From positions 1 to 25,301 of IMG/VR virus record IMGVR_UViG_3300023257_000103: DNA of 25,301 bases; one strand, 5' to 3'. The position numbers and the translations under genes were made by a program. This document shows positions 25,200 through 25,301 of this stretch, in pieces; positions within the stretch are counted from its first letter, which is position 1, and every line of letters begins with the position of its first letter. The stretch is from a virus (taxonomy: Duplodnaviria > Caudoviricetes). The notes under the pieces were generated by a model, which was not told the origin of the DNA, did no database searches, and was given only the letters and a program-made list of their open reading frames with translations.

Positions 25200-25301
25200 T
25201 TAATCTATTTGTTCATGTCTAAACATATAACTGTTTCCAACATTAAACGAATAAAAGCAGTCTATACTTCTATAGTCTGTGTTGTTTAATATAAAATTCT
25301 T
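25200..25301 (-). CDS. Probable 3' end of an upstream gene (...KNFILNNTDYRSIDCFYSFNVGNSYMFRHEQID*)
   Basis: Open frame from the window edge to a TAA just ahead of the polB RBS. Confidence 0.35.
   Translation of the reverse strand, partial: KNFILNNTDYRSIDCFYSFNVGNSYMFRHEQID

Larger units (their letters stand above)
1..25301. mobile_element. Segment of a tailed archaeal virus/provirus (Caudoviricetes, siphovirus-like), probable DPANN host
   Basis: Complete non-contractile tail module plus a viral replication arm, with archaeal transcription and translation signals. No host housekeeping genes, integrase or att site in the window. Confidence 0.85.

Noticed and set aside
1-25301. CRISPR array, tRNA or rRNA genes
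   Set aside because: No regularly spaced repeats or cloverleaf with a T-loop were seen. Intergenic gaps are short and explained by promoters and terminators.
1-25301. Stop-codon reassignment
   Set aside because: TAA, TAG and TGA all end genes next to the following RBS or start, and coding density is already very high under the standard code.

Overview
A gene-dense, AT-rich segment of a tailed (siphovirus-like) archaeal virus or provirus. The host is most likely a DPANN/Nanobdellota archaeon (Woesearchaeota/Pacearchaeota-like). That is inferred from GGTGA/GGAGG Shine-Dalgarno motifs, BRE+TATA promoters, oligo-T terminators, an archaeal-type PolB and an S-layer-like protein; no database search was run. 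The + strand (1-14689) is the neck/tail morphogenesis operon: head-tail adaptor, inserted endonuclease, tail terminator, HK97-gp10-like protein, tail tube, tail assembly chaperone with a clear -1 frameshift, tape measure, Dit-like protein, a 1283-aa signal-anchored sequon-rich protein, hub/tip protein, holin-like protein and an HNH. The convergent - strand (14959-25301) carries PolB, an apparently catalytically degenerate PriS-PriL-like fusion, an AbrB-like mini-gene, several HNH/GIY-YIG nucleases, an HTH-metallophosphoesterase, a transglutaminase-like Cys protease and a membrane-anchored S-layer-like protein. The most unusual signals are a possible viral cell-surface module (S-layer-like protein, glycoprotein-like protein in the tail operon, Cys protease) and the degenerate primase next to PolB. 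All product calls come from motif recognition by eye.
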